Shown piece by piece: positions 1-8,732 of a stretch of DNA of 64,000 bases. Below the pieces are notes generated by a model, which saw nothing but the letters and a program-made list of their open reading frames with translations, was not told the DNA's origin and ran no database searches. The translations under genes were made by a program, and so were the position numbers. Source of the stretch: Parvimonas sp. (GTDB taxonomy: Bacteria; Bacillota; Clostridia; Tissierellales; Peptoniphilaceae); assembly GCF_022770425.1 (NCBI RefSeq), contig NZ_JALEHY010000013.1. One strand, 5' to 3'. How positions within the stretch are numbered: position 1 is the first letter of the stretch; each line of letters starts with the position of its first letter.

Positions 1-1
1 T

Positions 2-1282
2 TCATCAGCGTTGTGGCCGTTTTCAACTTTGGGTTGGCCAAATGAAACACAAGATTTAAAATACTTCTTTCCTACAAATGTTTTAGTTACAGGATATGAT
101 ATTATATTTTTCTGGGTTATCAGAATGGTATTTTCAAGTTTGTATAATCTTGGAGAAATTCCTTTTACAAATGTTTATTTTACCGGTCTTATCAGAGATG
201 AACTTGGAAGAAAAATGAGTAAGTCTTTGAATAATGGAATAGATCCGATAGAAGTTATTGAAAAATATGGTGCAGATGCTCTTAGATTTACACTTATTAG
301 CGGTAATACTCCGGGAAATGATATGAGATTTTATGAAAAGAGAGTTGAAGCAAATAGAAATTTTGCTAATAAGTTATGGAATGCCTCAAGATTTGTGTTG
401 ATGAATCTAAATGATGATGAAAAATATAATATAGACATTCAAAATTTAGAAAACGAAGATAAATGGATTTTAACAAGATTAAGCAGAACTACTAAAGAAT
501 TGACTGAAAATCTTGAAAAATTTGAATTTGGATTAGCGTCAGCTAAGATTTACGATTTTATTTGGAATGAATTTTGTGATTGGTACATTGAGTTTTCTAA
601 AACAAGGCTTTATGGAGATAATCTTGAAAAGAAATTAGTCTGTAAATCTGTTTTAGTTTATGTTTTAAATAATATATTAAAACTTTTACATCCTTTTATG
701 CCTTTTATCACTGAAGAAATTTATTCATTTTTACCTGAAAATACAGAAAAATTAATAAATGCTTCATTCCCTGTTTATGATAAAAACTTTGTATTTGATT
801 ATGAAGAAAAAGAAGTTGAAAATTTGATTGAGATGGTAACTGCAATTAGAAATAAAAGAAGTGAAAAGAATATTCCACCTTCTAAAAAATCTGATTTGTA
901 TTTTGTATCAAGTGATGATACTACAAAAGAAAGTACGAAAACATTAGAACATCTTTACAGGTTTTTAGCGTCATGTTCTAATGTTATAGTGATGGATAAA
1001 GATGAAGAAATCAGCAATTCAATGGTTGTAATTTGTAATAACCAAAAGGTTTATATACCTTTGGACGGGCTTGTTGATTATGAAAAAGAATTGGAAAAAT
1101 TGATGGCGGATTTGCAAAAATATGATGCGGAGATTAAAAGAGCTTCTTCTAAATTGGCAAATGAAAAATTTGTAAACAATGCTCCTCAAAAAGTAGTTGA
1201 TGAGGAAAAAGAAAAACTTTTAAAATATAAAAATATTTATAATGAGATAAAATTAAGTATTGAAAAGATAAAAAATATTTAG
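2..1282 (+). CDS. valS: valyl-tRNA synthetase, C-terminal ~425 aa (5' end outside window)
   Basis: Frame is open from the window edge. Class I aaRS KMSKS loop (GRKMSKSLNNGIDP) and a C-terminal coiled coil (EKELEKLMADLQKYDAEIKRASSKLANEKF) typical of ValRS. Confidence 0.93.
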   Translation, partial: SSALWPFSTLGWPNETQDLKYFFPTNVLVTGYDIIFFWVIRMVFSSLYNLGEIPFTNVYFTGLIRDELGRKMSKSLNNGIDPIEVIEKYGADALRFTLISGNTPGNDMRFYEKRVEANRNFANKLWNASRFVLMNLNDDEKYNIDIQNLENEDKWILTRLSRTTKELTENLEKFEFGLASAKIYDFIWNEFCDWYIEFSKTRLYGDNLEKKLVCKSVLVYVLNNILKLLHPFMPFITEEIYSFLPENTEKLINASFPVYDKNFVFDYEEKEVENLIEMVTAIRNKRSEKNIPPSKKSDLYFVSSDDTTKESTKTLEHLYRFLASCSNVIVMDKDEEISNSMVVICNNQKVYIPLDGLVDYEKELEKLMADLQKYDAEIKRASSKLANEKFVNNAPQKVVDEEKEKLLKYKNIYNEIKLSIEKIKNI

Positions 1283-1291
1283 GAGTTTATT

Positions 1292-1471
1292 ATGAAAATT
1301 GATTTTAATATAGTTTTTATGACTCTGTTAATAGTCATACTTGTAAGTATTCAATACACATTAAATAAAATACTTATGCTGTTAAAAGAAATTAAGGACT
1401 CAGAGAGAAAAAAATTGGAATTCAGACAGAGAAATAAAAAATTACAAAAGGGGGACTATTTTGATGAGTAA
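1292..1471 (+). CDS. small hypothetical membrane protein, 59 aa (not in ORF track)
   Basis: AGGAG at 1281-1285, ATG at 1292. MKIDFNIVFMTLLIVILVSIQYTLNKILMLLKEIKDSERKKLEFRQRNKKLQKGDYFDE has one hydrophobic helix and a basic tail. Its stop overlaps the hpt start by a few nt. Confidence 0.4.
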   Translation: MKIDFNIVFMTLLIVILVSIQYTLNKILMLLKEIKDSERKKLEFRQRNKKLQKGDYFDE

Positions 1472-1985
1472 AAGAGAAGTTCTTAGATTTACAAGAGAAG
1501 AAATTTCTAAAAGAGTTTGTGAACTTGGAAAGCAAATTTCAAAAGATTATTGTGGGAAAGACATTGTTGCAATAGGGTTGCTTAGAGGAAGTTTTGTTTT
1601 TCTTGCTGATTTAGTAAGAGAAATAGATAAGCCTATTGTAGTAGATTTTATGACGACATCTTCTTATGAACATTCTGAGGTATCAAGTGGAAATGTGAAT
1701 ATACTTTCTGATATAAGAGAGAATATTGAAGGAAAAGACGTAATTTTAGTTGATGATATTATGGATTCAGGTAATACTCTAAAAAATGTTGTAGATTATA
1801 TTTGGACTAAAAAACCAAATAGCGTTAAAACTTGTGTTATGCTTGATAAACCTTCAAGAAGAGAAGTAGACTTATCTCCTGATTACTGTGGCTTTACGAT
1901 AGATGATTGGTTTATTGTAGGATATGGATTGAATTTTGAAGATAAATACCGAAACATCCCGTATATATTTTCATACGAGGACTAA
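1464..1985 (+). CDS. hpt: hypoxanthine-guanine phosphoribosyltransferase
   Basis: PRPP-binding motif VILVDDIMDSGNTL; about 173 aa; GGGGGA RBS before ATG 1464 (the TTG at 1461 is one codon upstream). Confidence 0.9.
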   Translation: MSKREVLRFTREEISKRVCELGKQISKDYCGKDIVAIGLLRGSFVFLADLVREIDKPIVVDFMTTSSYEHSEVSSGNVNILSDIRENIEGKDVILVDDIMDSGNTLKNVVDYIWTKKPNSVKTCVMLDKPSRREVDLSPDYCGFTIDDWFIVGYGLNFEDKYRNIPYIFSYED

Positions 1986-1986
1986 T

Positions 1987-2724
1987 ATGTATAATAGATT
2001 TTCATTTATCTATGACAATCTTATGAAAACTCAAGTAGATTATGAAAAAATTTGTAAAAATATTTTGAATATTTGTTTAAAATATAATTTAAATGTCAAG
2101 ACGGTTTTAGAATGTGCAATGGGCAGTGGAAATTTAACTGAAGTATTTTTATCAGAAAATCTTGAAGTTGACGGCTTTGATATTTCTGATGATATGTTAT
2201 CTATTGCCTATAACAAATTAATTTCTTTTGAAAATGTAAATATTTTAAAAGGTGATGTAAGATATTTTAATTCCGGAAAAACTTATGATCTAATTTGTTG
2301 TTTTTTTGATGTTATAAATTATTTAACAAATTTATCAGACATAGAATCATTTTTATATAATTCATATAAACAGATGAATGAAAATAGCATTTTAATGTTT
2401 GATATAAATTCTAAATACAAATTAAAACAGTATCTTGGAAATAATGATTTTATAGTCGAAGAGGATGATGTTTTTTATACTTGGAGAAATGAATTAAGTG
2501 ATAAATATATTGATTTTAATATAGACTTTTTTACAAAAGCGGACAATAATATGTATGAAAGAATTGTTGAAAAGCAAAGGCAATATATTTATGAAGAAAG
2601 TGAAATTGAAAAACTTATAAAAGATAAAAATTTTAAAATTTTAGAAAAAATTGATTTTGAAACATTTGAAAAGTCTGATGAAAATAGTTTTAGAATTTTA
2701 TATGTATTAAGTAAACAAAAATAA
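1987..2724 (+). CDS. class I SAM-dependent methyltransferase
   Basis: SAM motif I (VLECAMGSGNLT) plus an acidic post-I residue (VDGFDIS). The likely start is ATG 1987 (MYNRFSFIYD), just after the hpt stop. Confidence 0.8.
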   Translation: MYNRFSFIYDNLMKTQVDYEKICKNILNICLKYNLNVKTVLECAMGSGNLTEVFLSENLEVDGFDISDDMLSIAYNKLISFENVNILKGDVRYFNSGKTYDLICCFFDVINYLTNLSDIESFLYNSYKQMNENSILMFDINSKYKLKQYLGNNDFIVEEDDVFYTWRNELSDKYIDFNIDFFTKADNNMYERIVEKQRQYIYEESEIEKLIKDKNFKILEKIDFETFEKSDENSFRILYVLSKQK

Positions 2725-2741
2725 AATTAAGTTTTAAAAAG

Positions 2742-2773
2742 GTTAAGAAATTATTATTTCTTAACTTTTTTTA
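2742..2773 (+). terminator. rho-independent terminator
   Basis: GTTAAGAAAT/ATTTCTTAAC 10-bp stem followed by a T-run. Confidence 0.7.
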
Positions 2774-2838
2774 TTTACCATTTTAAAATTTTTAAACTGG
2801 GTAATAAATTAGTGACTGATTTTTGAAAGGAGATAATT

Positions 2839-4011
2839 ATGTTAGGGAATTTTGTGTATCATAATCCCACAAAATTATATTTTGGGGATAAATCTTTAGA
2901 TAATTTGAATGATGAGTTAAAAAATTACGGGAAAAATATTATGCTTATTTATGGTGGCGGATCCATTAAAAATAATGGAATATATGATGAAGTAATTAAA
3001 ATTTTAAAAGATAACGGAAAAAATATTTTTGAGGACAGTGGAGTAATGTCTAACCCTACTTTGGAAAAATTAAATGAGGGTAGAAAAATCGCTAAAGAAA
3101 ACAATATTGATTTTATATTGGCGGTTGGTGGAGGTTCTGTTTGTGATTATTCAAAATGTGTGAGTGCATTTGCACATAGTGACGGTAATATTTGGAAAAG
3201 ATATTTTGAAAATCGTGAAGTAGTTGCAAACAAAACTATTCCTTTAGGTTGTGTATTAACGATGGTTGGAACCGGTTCTGAAATGAATGCAGGTGCTGTT
3301 ATAACTAACAGTGATTTGAAACTTAAACTCGGTTATGGTTTTGGAATTGATGTTTTTCCGAAATTTTCCATATTAAATCCGAAATTTACTTTTTCTCTTC
3401 CTAAATATCAAATGGTTGCAGGTATATATGATATAATGTCTCATATTTTCGAACAATATTTTTCCGATTTTGATGATAATACATCTGATTATATCATGGA
3501 AGGAATGTTGCGTTCTATAATACATAGCAGTAAAATAGCCGTTAAGAATCCGACTGATTATGAAGCAAGAAGTAATATAATGTGGACTGCTACTTGGGCA
3601 TTAAATACTTTTGTGGCTAAAGGTAAAACGACAGATTGGATGGTTCATATGATAGGACATTCAATCAGTGCATATACAGGTGCGACACATGGTATGACAT
3701 TAGCGGCAGTATCAATTCCTTATTACAAAAAAATGTTGCCTTATGCAGTTGAAAAATTTAAAAAATATGCCATAAATGTTTGGGATGTAAATCCTGTAGG
3801 AAAAACCGACGAAGAAATCGCTAAGGAAGGTTTAGTTGAAATGGAAAAATTTATGAGAGAAATTGGACTTGTCATGAATATTAAGGATTTGGGTGTAACA
3901 GAAGATATTGTAGATAAAATGGCAGATGTGTTTGCAATAAGACAAGGTGGCTACAAAGTTTTAACTAAAGAAGAAATTGCGGAAATATACAGGGAAAGTA
4001 TGACACTTTAG
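2839..4011 (+). CDS. iron-containing (group III) alcohol dehydrogenase, butanol-dehydrogenase-like
   Basis: GGGS nucleotide motif (AVGGGSVCDYSK), conserved His cluster (HMIGHSISAYTGATHG), 390 aa. Confidence 0.85.
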   Translation: MLGNFVYHNPTKLYFGDKSLDNLNDELKNYGKNIMLIYGGGSIKNNGIYDEVIKILKDNGKNIFEDSGVMSNPTLEKLNEGRKIAKENNIDFILAVGGGSVCDYSKCVSAFAHSDGNIWKRYFENREVVANKTIPLGCVLTMVGTGSEMNAGAVITNSDLKLKLGYGFGIDVFPKFSILNPKFTFSLPKYQMVAGIYDIMSHIFEQYFSDFDDNTSDYIMEGMLRSIIHSSKIAVKNPTDYEARSNIMWTATWALNTFVAKGKTTDWMVHMIGHSISAYTGATHGMTLAAVSIPYYKKMLPYAVEKFKKYAINVWDVNPVGKTDEEIAKEGLVEMEKFMREIGLVMNIKDLGVTEDIVDKMADVFAIRQGGYKVLTKEEIAEIYRESMTL

Positions 4012-4054
4012 AATTATTACAGTAACTGTAAATATAAAAATGATTATATAAAAC

Positions 4055-4088
4055 AGGATAATTTTTTTTGAAATTATCCTATTTTTTT
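4055..4088 (+). terminator. rho-independent terminator
   Basis: AGGATAATT/AATTATCCT stem followed by a T-run. Confidence 0.65.
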
Positions 4089-4136
4089 ACAAAATTTTAA
4101 ATCTATGTTAAAATATCTTAAGAAATAGGAGGTAAT

Positions 4137-5135
4137 ATGAACAGTTTATGGAAAATTTATCATAATGAAATTCCAACATTCATTATGGAATTTGCAAATA
4201 CAAAGGAAATGAAAAGATTAGATGATGTTGGAATGAATTGTGGTTGTGAATATACTAATTTTGAAAAATTTAAAAATTCTAATTATAAAAAATATTCAAG
4301 ATATGTGCACAGTATTTCAGTTGCACTTATTATTTGGCATTTTACAAATGATATGAAACAGTCTTTATCCGGACTATTTCATGATATTGCAACACCTGTG
4401 TTTGCACATACAATTGATTTTTTAAACGGTGACCACGAAACTCAAGAATCAACAGAAGACAATACAAAAGAAATTATAGAAAATTCAAAAGAAATAACAA
4501 ATTTATTGGAAAAATATAATATATCAGTTGATGAAGTTTGTGACTACCATATGTATCCCATAGCAGATAATGACTCTCCTAAACTTTCAGCGGATAGACT
4601 TGAATATTCACTTGGGAATATGTTAAATTACGGATTTACTACATTTGAAAAAGTAAAAGAATTTTATGACGATTTAACTGTATCTGATAATGAAACAGGT
4701 GAAACGGAATTGGTTTTTAAGACAAAGAGTATAGCAATAGAATTTACAGAAAATGTACTTAAAAATTCTCGTTTGTATGTTTCGGATGAAGATAGGGGAT
4801 CTATGCAAAAATTAGCTAATCTTATAAAATATGCGATTGAAGAGTCGGTAATTAGAAAAGAAGATTTGTACAAAACAGAAAAATTTGTAATTGAAAAGTT
4901 GAAAAAATCAGACAAAACGAATTATCTATGGACAAAGTACAGAAGTTATTCAAAAATTAATATTGTAAAAAATGAGTCTGATTTAACCGATTGTATTAAA
5001 GTCTCAGGAAAAAAGAGGTTTATTAACCCTTTTGTAAAAAATGAAGATAGAGTTTCAAAATTATCCGATAAAATTTTTGATAAAATTGAATTTATTAAAA
5101 ATATGAAATTTGACTATTGGATAAGTTTAAACTAA
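4137..5135 (+). CDS. HD-domain metal-dependent phosphohydrolase
   Basis: H...HD signature (HSISVALII ... GLFHDIATPVFAHTIDF). Confidence 0.75.
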   Translation: MNSLWKIYHNEIPTFIMEFANTKEMKRLDDVGMNCGCEYTNFEKFKNSNYKKYSRYVHSISVALIIWHFTNDMKQSLSGLFHDIATPVFAHTIDFLNGDHETQESTEDNTKEIIENSKEITNLLEKYNISVDEVCDYHMYPIADNDSPKLSADRLEYSLGNMLNYGFTTFEKVKEFYDDLTVSDNETGETELVFKTKSIAIEFTENVLKNSRLYVSDEDRGSMQKLANLIKYAIEESVIRKEDLYKTEKFVIEKLKKSDKTNYLWTKYRSYSKINIVKNESDLTDCIKVSGKKRFINPFVKNEDRVSKLSDKIFDKIEFIKNMKFDYWISLN

Positions 5136-5151
5136 TTAATATTTTTAAACA
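5132..5151. repeat. left copy of the 20-bp direct repeat bounding the island (CTAATTAATATTTTTAAACA)
   Basis: 19/20 identical to 10064-10083. Contains the HD-gene stop codon. Confidence 0.6.
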
Positions 5152-5490
5152 TGTACATTTGTAAATGATGTGAAACTAAAAATTATAAAAACTATAAAGT
5201 GTATGTTAGAATTAAGTGAGAATTAGGATTTTAGATAAAAGTCTATGAGATTTATCCATAAGAGATTAAATAGAACCATCAAATCCTTTATTCCAACGCA
5301 TAAGAGAAGCTTTAGAAATTTTATATTTTCTATAAACAAAACTAACAGAATTACTATTTTTGTATGTTTTAAGATTATGGTAACTTGTTTGAAGTAAATA
5401 AGGAATATAACATTGACTGTTCTTAATATTTTCTTGATTTTTTATATAATAGCATTCATAAAAGAGCTTTCCTTAATTTATCATACATTT
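5152..5490 (-). mobile_element. decayed IS481-like transposase remnant, copy A (N-terminal HTH part only, no DDE core)
   Basis: Minus-strand translation reads ...NSVSFVYRKYKISKASLMRWNKGFDGSI*SLMDKSHRLLSKILILT*. This shows the HTH and DKSHR(P) pattern of IS481-type transposase N-termini. About 95% identical to 9517-9590 plus 9732-9851. Confidence 0.6.
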
Positions 5491-5531
5491 AAAATTAAAA
5501 AATAGAAATATCTATTGATTTTTGTGGGAGG

Positions 5532-5540
5532 TGCTATAAT
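5532..5540 (+). promoter_or_regulatory. extended -10 promoter (TGcTATAAT) for the cassette
   Basis: TG at 5532-5533, TATAAT at 5535-5540, AAGGAG RBS at 5593-5598 before ATG 5607. Confidence 0.45.
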
Positions 5541-5606
5541 CAATGTAATTTATGGTATTCTTTTAAATTTTTGATATCATAATTAAAAATATATAAGGAG
5601 TTATTT

Positions 5607-6728
5607 ATGAAATTTATATATCCTAAAATACGTAATCATATACTAGTTGTTCCATTTGAAAATAAAATTTCTATAGGTAATACATTGCAATCGACTATTG
5701 AAGTAAAAGAAAATTCAGGTGTAATTAGAGAAATTTTATTTTTGTGTGATGGAACTCGAACAACAAAAGAAATTTTTTATATTGTTTTTAAAAAAGGATT
5801 TGATATTGAATAAAAAGATGTTAGTGATATTATAGATCAAATTTCTGAATATCCATATATTTTTGAAGATGGAAATGATAAAATTTTATATATTGATAAT
5901 AATCTTTTAGAAAGATATAGTAGAAATTTAAATTTTTTATCTAATTTTGATAAAAAAGGAAATAAAAAATATGATTATATAGATAAAATAATAAATTCAT
6001 GTGTTTTAGTATTAGGACTAGGAGGAGTTGGTTCTCCATTAATATATGATTTAGCTGCTTTAGGAGTTGGAAAAATTATTGCTGTTGATTTTGACTTTGT
6101 GGATATTAGTAATTTAAATAGACAAATACTATATAAAGAAAAACATGTTGGAAAAAAGAAAGTTTACTCAGCAAAAGAAACAATTAATGAATTTAATTCT
6201 AATATTGAGTTTATAGCAATTGACAAAAAAATAGACTCGTCTTTAGATGTATTGGATATTTTGGAACAATTCAAACCGGATTGTGTTATTTGTGTAGCAG
6301 ATAAACCACCAATAAAAATTTACAAATGGGTTAATGAAGCTTGTTTTATGAAGAGTATACCTTTTTTATACGGCGGGAATAGTGAGACAACGGCGTATTA
6401 TCATACTGTTATACCTAATATTTCATCTTGTTTTTTGTGCTATGAGAAAAAATTAGAAGAAAATAAAAATAAAGATGGTTATAATAAATATTTATCTATA
6501 TTAAACAATTCTTATTCTACTGAAAATAATTGTACGGCAGCATCATCATCAACTTTAGCTGCATTTATGGCGTTTGATATAGTAAGACTTATTACAGGAG
6601 CTGAAGTTCCATTGTCATTAAATAAGAGGATTCTTATTGATTATAAAACTAATATAATAGATGAAGAGTATGTTGAAAAACAGGATAATTGTGATTTGTG
6701 CTCAAATAATAATTATGATAGGAGGTGA
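5607..6728 (+). pseudogene. PqqD-like RRE domain fused to a ThiF/MoeB/E1-family adenylyltransferase; single frame interrupted by in-frame TAA at 5811-5813
   Basis: ORFs 5607-5813 and 6099-6728 share one frame, and 5814-6098 is open in that frame. N-terminus: ...VIREILFLCDGTRTTKEIFYIVFKKGFDIE*KDVSDIIDQISEYPYIFE (RRE-like). Core: RYSRNLNFL, nucleotide loop VLVLGLGGVGS, DFDFVDISNLNRQ, two CxxC pairs (CFLC, CDLC). There is no in-frame start between the stop and the Gly loop. Confidence 0.65.
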
Positions 6729-6732
6729 ATTT

Positions 6733-6816
6733 ATGAAAATAGTTATTAAACCAATTGATAATGTAGAATTGACTAAAAGAGGAGGTAGAGGAACAGCTGG
6801 AGAGTCAAGATATTAA
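6733..6816 (+). CDS. candidate precursor peptide, 27 aa (not in ORF track)
   Basis: GGAGG at 6721-6725, 7 nt before ATG 6733. MKIVIKPIDNVELTKRGGRGTAGESRY, stop TAA at 6814-6816. It lies between the two RRE-fusion genes. Confidence 0.5.
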   Translation: MKIVIKPIDNVELTKRGGRGTAGESRY

Positions 6817-6822
6817 AAATTT

Positions 6823-7962
6823 ATGAAATATATAATTAATTATGATATAATCACAATGCAAAATTTTGGTGGAAATTATATTATTAAAAATATATTAAAT
6901 GGGAAATCTCTATAAATTAATGAAGATGTATTAGATATCCTTAATTTTATGAAAAATCCATTTTTTATTGAAGAATGCATAAGTAGATTTAACTTAAAAA
7001 ATGAAGAAATGAATTTTATTATTGATGAATTATTAAGAACAGGAATGTTATCTGAATGTGAAAATAATTATATAGATGAAAAATTTTCAAAAACAGATTT
7101 TTCTTTTTTTGATTCTCAAAATATATATAAAGATAATTCTATTTGTATTCTTGGGGTACCTTATGATGGAGGAACTACAGGCGTTTCTGGATGCAAAATT
7201 GCTCCAAATACTTTAAAAAAATTTACTTCAAATTATTCTTATTTATATAATAGAATAGATAAAAAATTTTTTATCTCATACCCTAATATTGATTGTTATA
7301 ATAATCAAAATATTGTTGATCTAGGAAATATTTTAACGATTGCCGGTGAATCGTCATATGATTTACACAATAGACTTGAAATAGCATATAAAAACCATAT
7401 AAAAAATAAAGATAATAAGATAATTGTAGTTGGAGGCGATCATTCAATAACATATCCTATATTAAATTCGTTTGAAGAAGATATTATTTTTTTAAAGTTT
7501 GATGCACATTATGATGATAATTTGATATTAAACAATATTGTAAATCATTCAAATTTTATTAGAAAAATAGAAAATATAAAAAACATAAAAGAGATATATC
7601 ATATTGGAATAAGAGAACCTAGAAAGCCTGGATTAAATATAAATGGAAAAGCAATTACTTCTGATGATATTAGAAATAATAATGCAGAATTAATTTTTGA
7701 AGAATATTTATTGAATAATGCAAATTTTTATATATCTATAGATGTTGATGTTTTTGATCCATTAATTGTTCCGGCAACGGGATATACTTTACCATATGGT
7801 ATAAATTTAGGACAAATATGTAATTTAATAGATTATTTTAATAGAATAGGGAATATAATAGGAGTTGATATAGTTGAATATAATCCATTATTAGATAAGA
7901 ATGATATAACCATGTATACAGTAATGGATTTGTTAAAATATTTAATAAATATATTAACTTAA
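6823..7962 (+). pseudogene. RRE-like N-terminal domain fused to an arginase/agmatinase (ureohydrolase)-family enzyme; in-frame TAA at 6913-6915 (intact ORF 6949-7962)
   Basis: ATG 6823 and ORF 6949-7962 share a frame. N-terminus: MKYIINYDIITMQNFGGNYIIKNILNGKSL*INEDVLDILNFMKNPFFIEECISRFNLKNEEMNFIIDELLRTGMLSE. Ureohydrolase metal motifs are intact: GGDHSITYP, FDAHYDD, SIDVDVFDP. Confidence 0.65.
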
Positions 7963-7981
7963 GAATTTTTAGGAGGCAAGT

Positions 7982-8518
7982 ATGAAAGCACTTTTGGTTC
8001 TTGATTTACAAAAGGGAATAATAAGTCAAAAAAATTTTGATAATACATTGGCTAATATAAAAATATTAATAGACGACTTTAAAAAAAATAATGATATAGT
8101 AATATTAACTAAGCATATATCTAAGTTTGAAGAAAATCCACTATACATTCATGGTAAAGGGGTTGAAATTGAAGATGATTTTGTGAAATTAGCAGATTAT
8201 GTAATAGAAAAAGATAGTTGTAATCCATTTTTAAATACAGATTTGTATAATATTTTATTAAAAAACAATATAACTGATATATACATATGTGGATTTAATA
8301 CAGAATATTGTTGTCTTTTTTCTAGTATAATATCTACTGATAGAGGTTTTAAAACTGTATTTATAGAAGATGCTACAGACACAATTGGAGATGAAGATAT
8401 ATACGAGATGCCAGGATTGGATATTAGAGATTTTATAGGGTCAATTTTAAATTGGTCAGAGTTAGTTGAAGTTTTATATGTATATGAGTACTTAGAATTA
8501 AGAGATTGTAATGAATAA
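7982..8518 (+). CDS. isochorismatase-family cysteine hydrolase
   Basis: AGGAGG RBS. Asp-Lys-Cys triad context: ALLVLDLQKG, ILTKH, YICGFNTEYCC. Confidence 0.8.
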   Translation: MKALLVLDLQKGIISQKNFDNTLANIKILIDDFKKNNDIVILTKHISKFEENPLYIHGKGVEIEDDFVKLADYVIEKDSCNPFLNTDLYNILLKNNITDIYICGFNTEYCCLFSSIISTDRGFKTVFIEDATDTIGDEDIYEMPGLDIRDFIGSILNWSELVEVLYVYEYLELRDCNE

Positions 8519-8732
8519 TTTAGATTTTTAAAATCAGAAATATGATTTAAATGAATATTCAAAAGTATTGTTTTTTAATGATGTTGTTATTATTGATGAA
8601 GAAGATTCAGGGAATATATTTAGGTAGAACAGAAATTAATAAATACATATTAATTCCTAGAATAGGATTAGATATCGTATAATATCAAATTTAATATTTA
8701 ACAAATTTACAGGATTAATTTTTAGTTGTTTT

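Noticed and set aside
1936-1986. Upstream start extensions proposed by the ORF track (1936 for the methyltransferase, 24762 for floA, 30132 for leuS, 39327 for map, 45695 for the Na/Pi transporter, 56130 for the Sec-thioredoxin-like gene, 63021 for chrA)
   Set aside because: In each case an internal ATG or GTG sits 5-10 nt after a good Shine-Dalgarno sequence and gives a canonical N-terminus. The extensions overlap the upstream genes or lack an RBS.
6733-6816. Reading the 27-aa peptide as a microcin C (MccA)-type substrate of an MccB-like enzyme
   Set aside because: MccA-type precursors end in Asn, which the MccB succinimide mechanism requires. This peptide ends in Tyr and has only one internal Asn. 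No MccC/D/E/F-like genes are present.
5811-6915. TAA reassigned as a sense codon
   Set aside because: Most well-supported genes in this window terminate on TAA at the expected protein length, so TAA is a functional stop in this genome.
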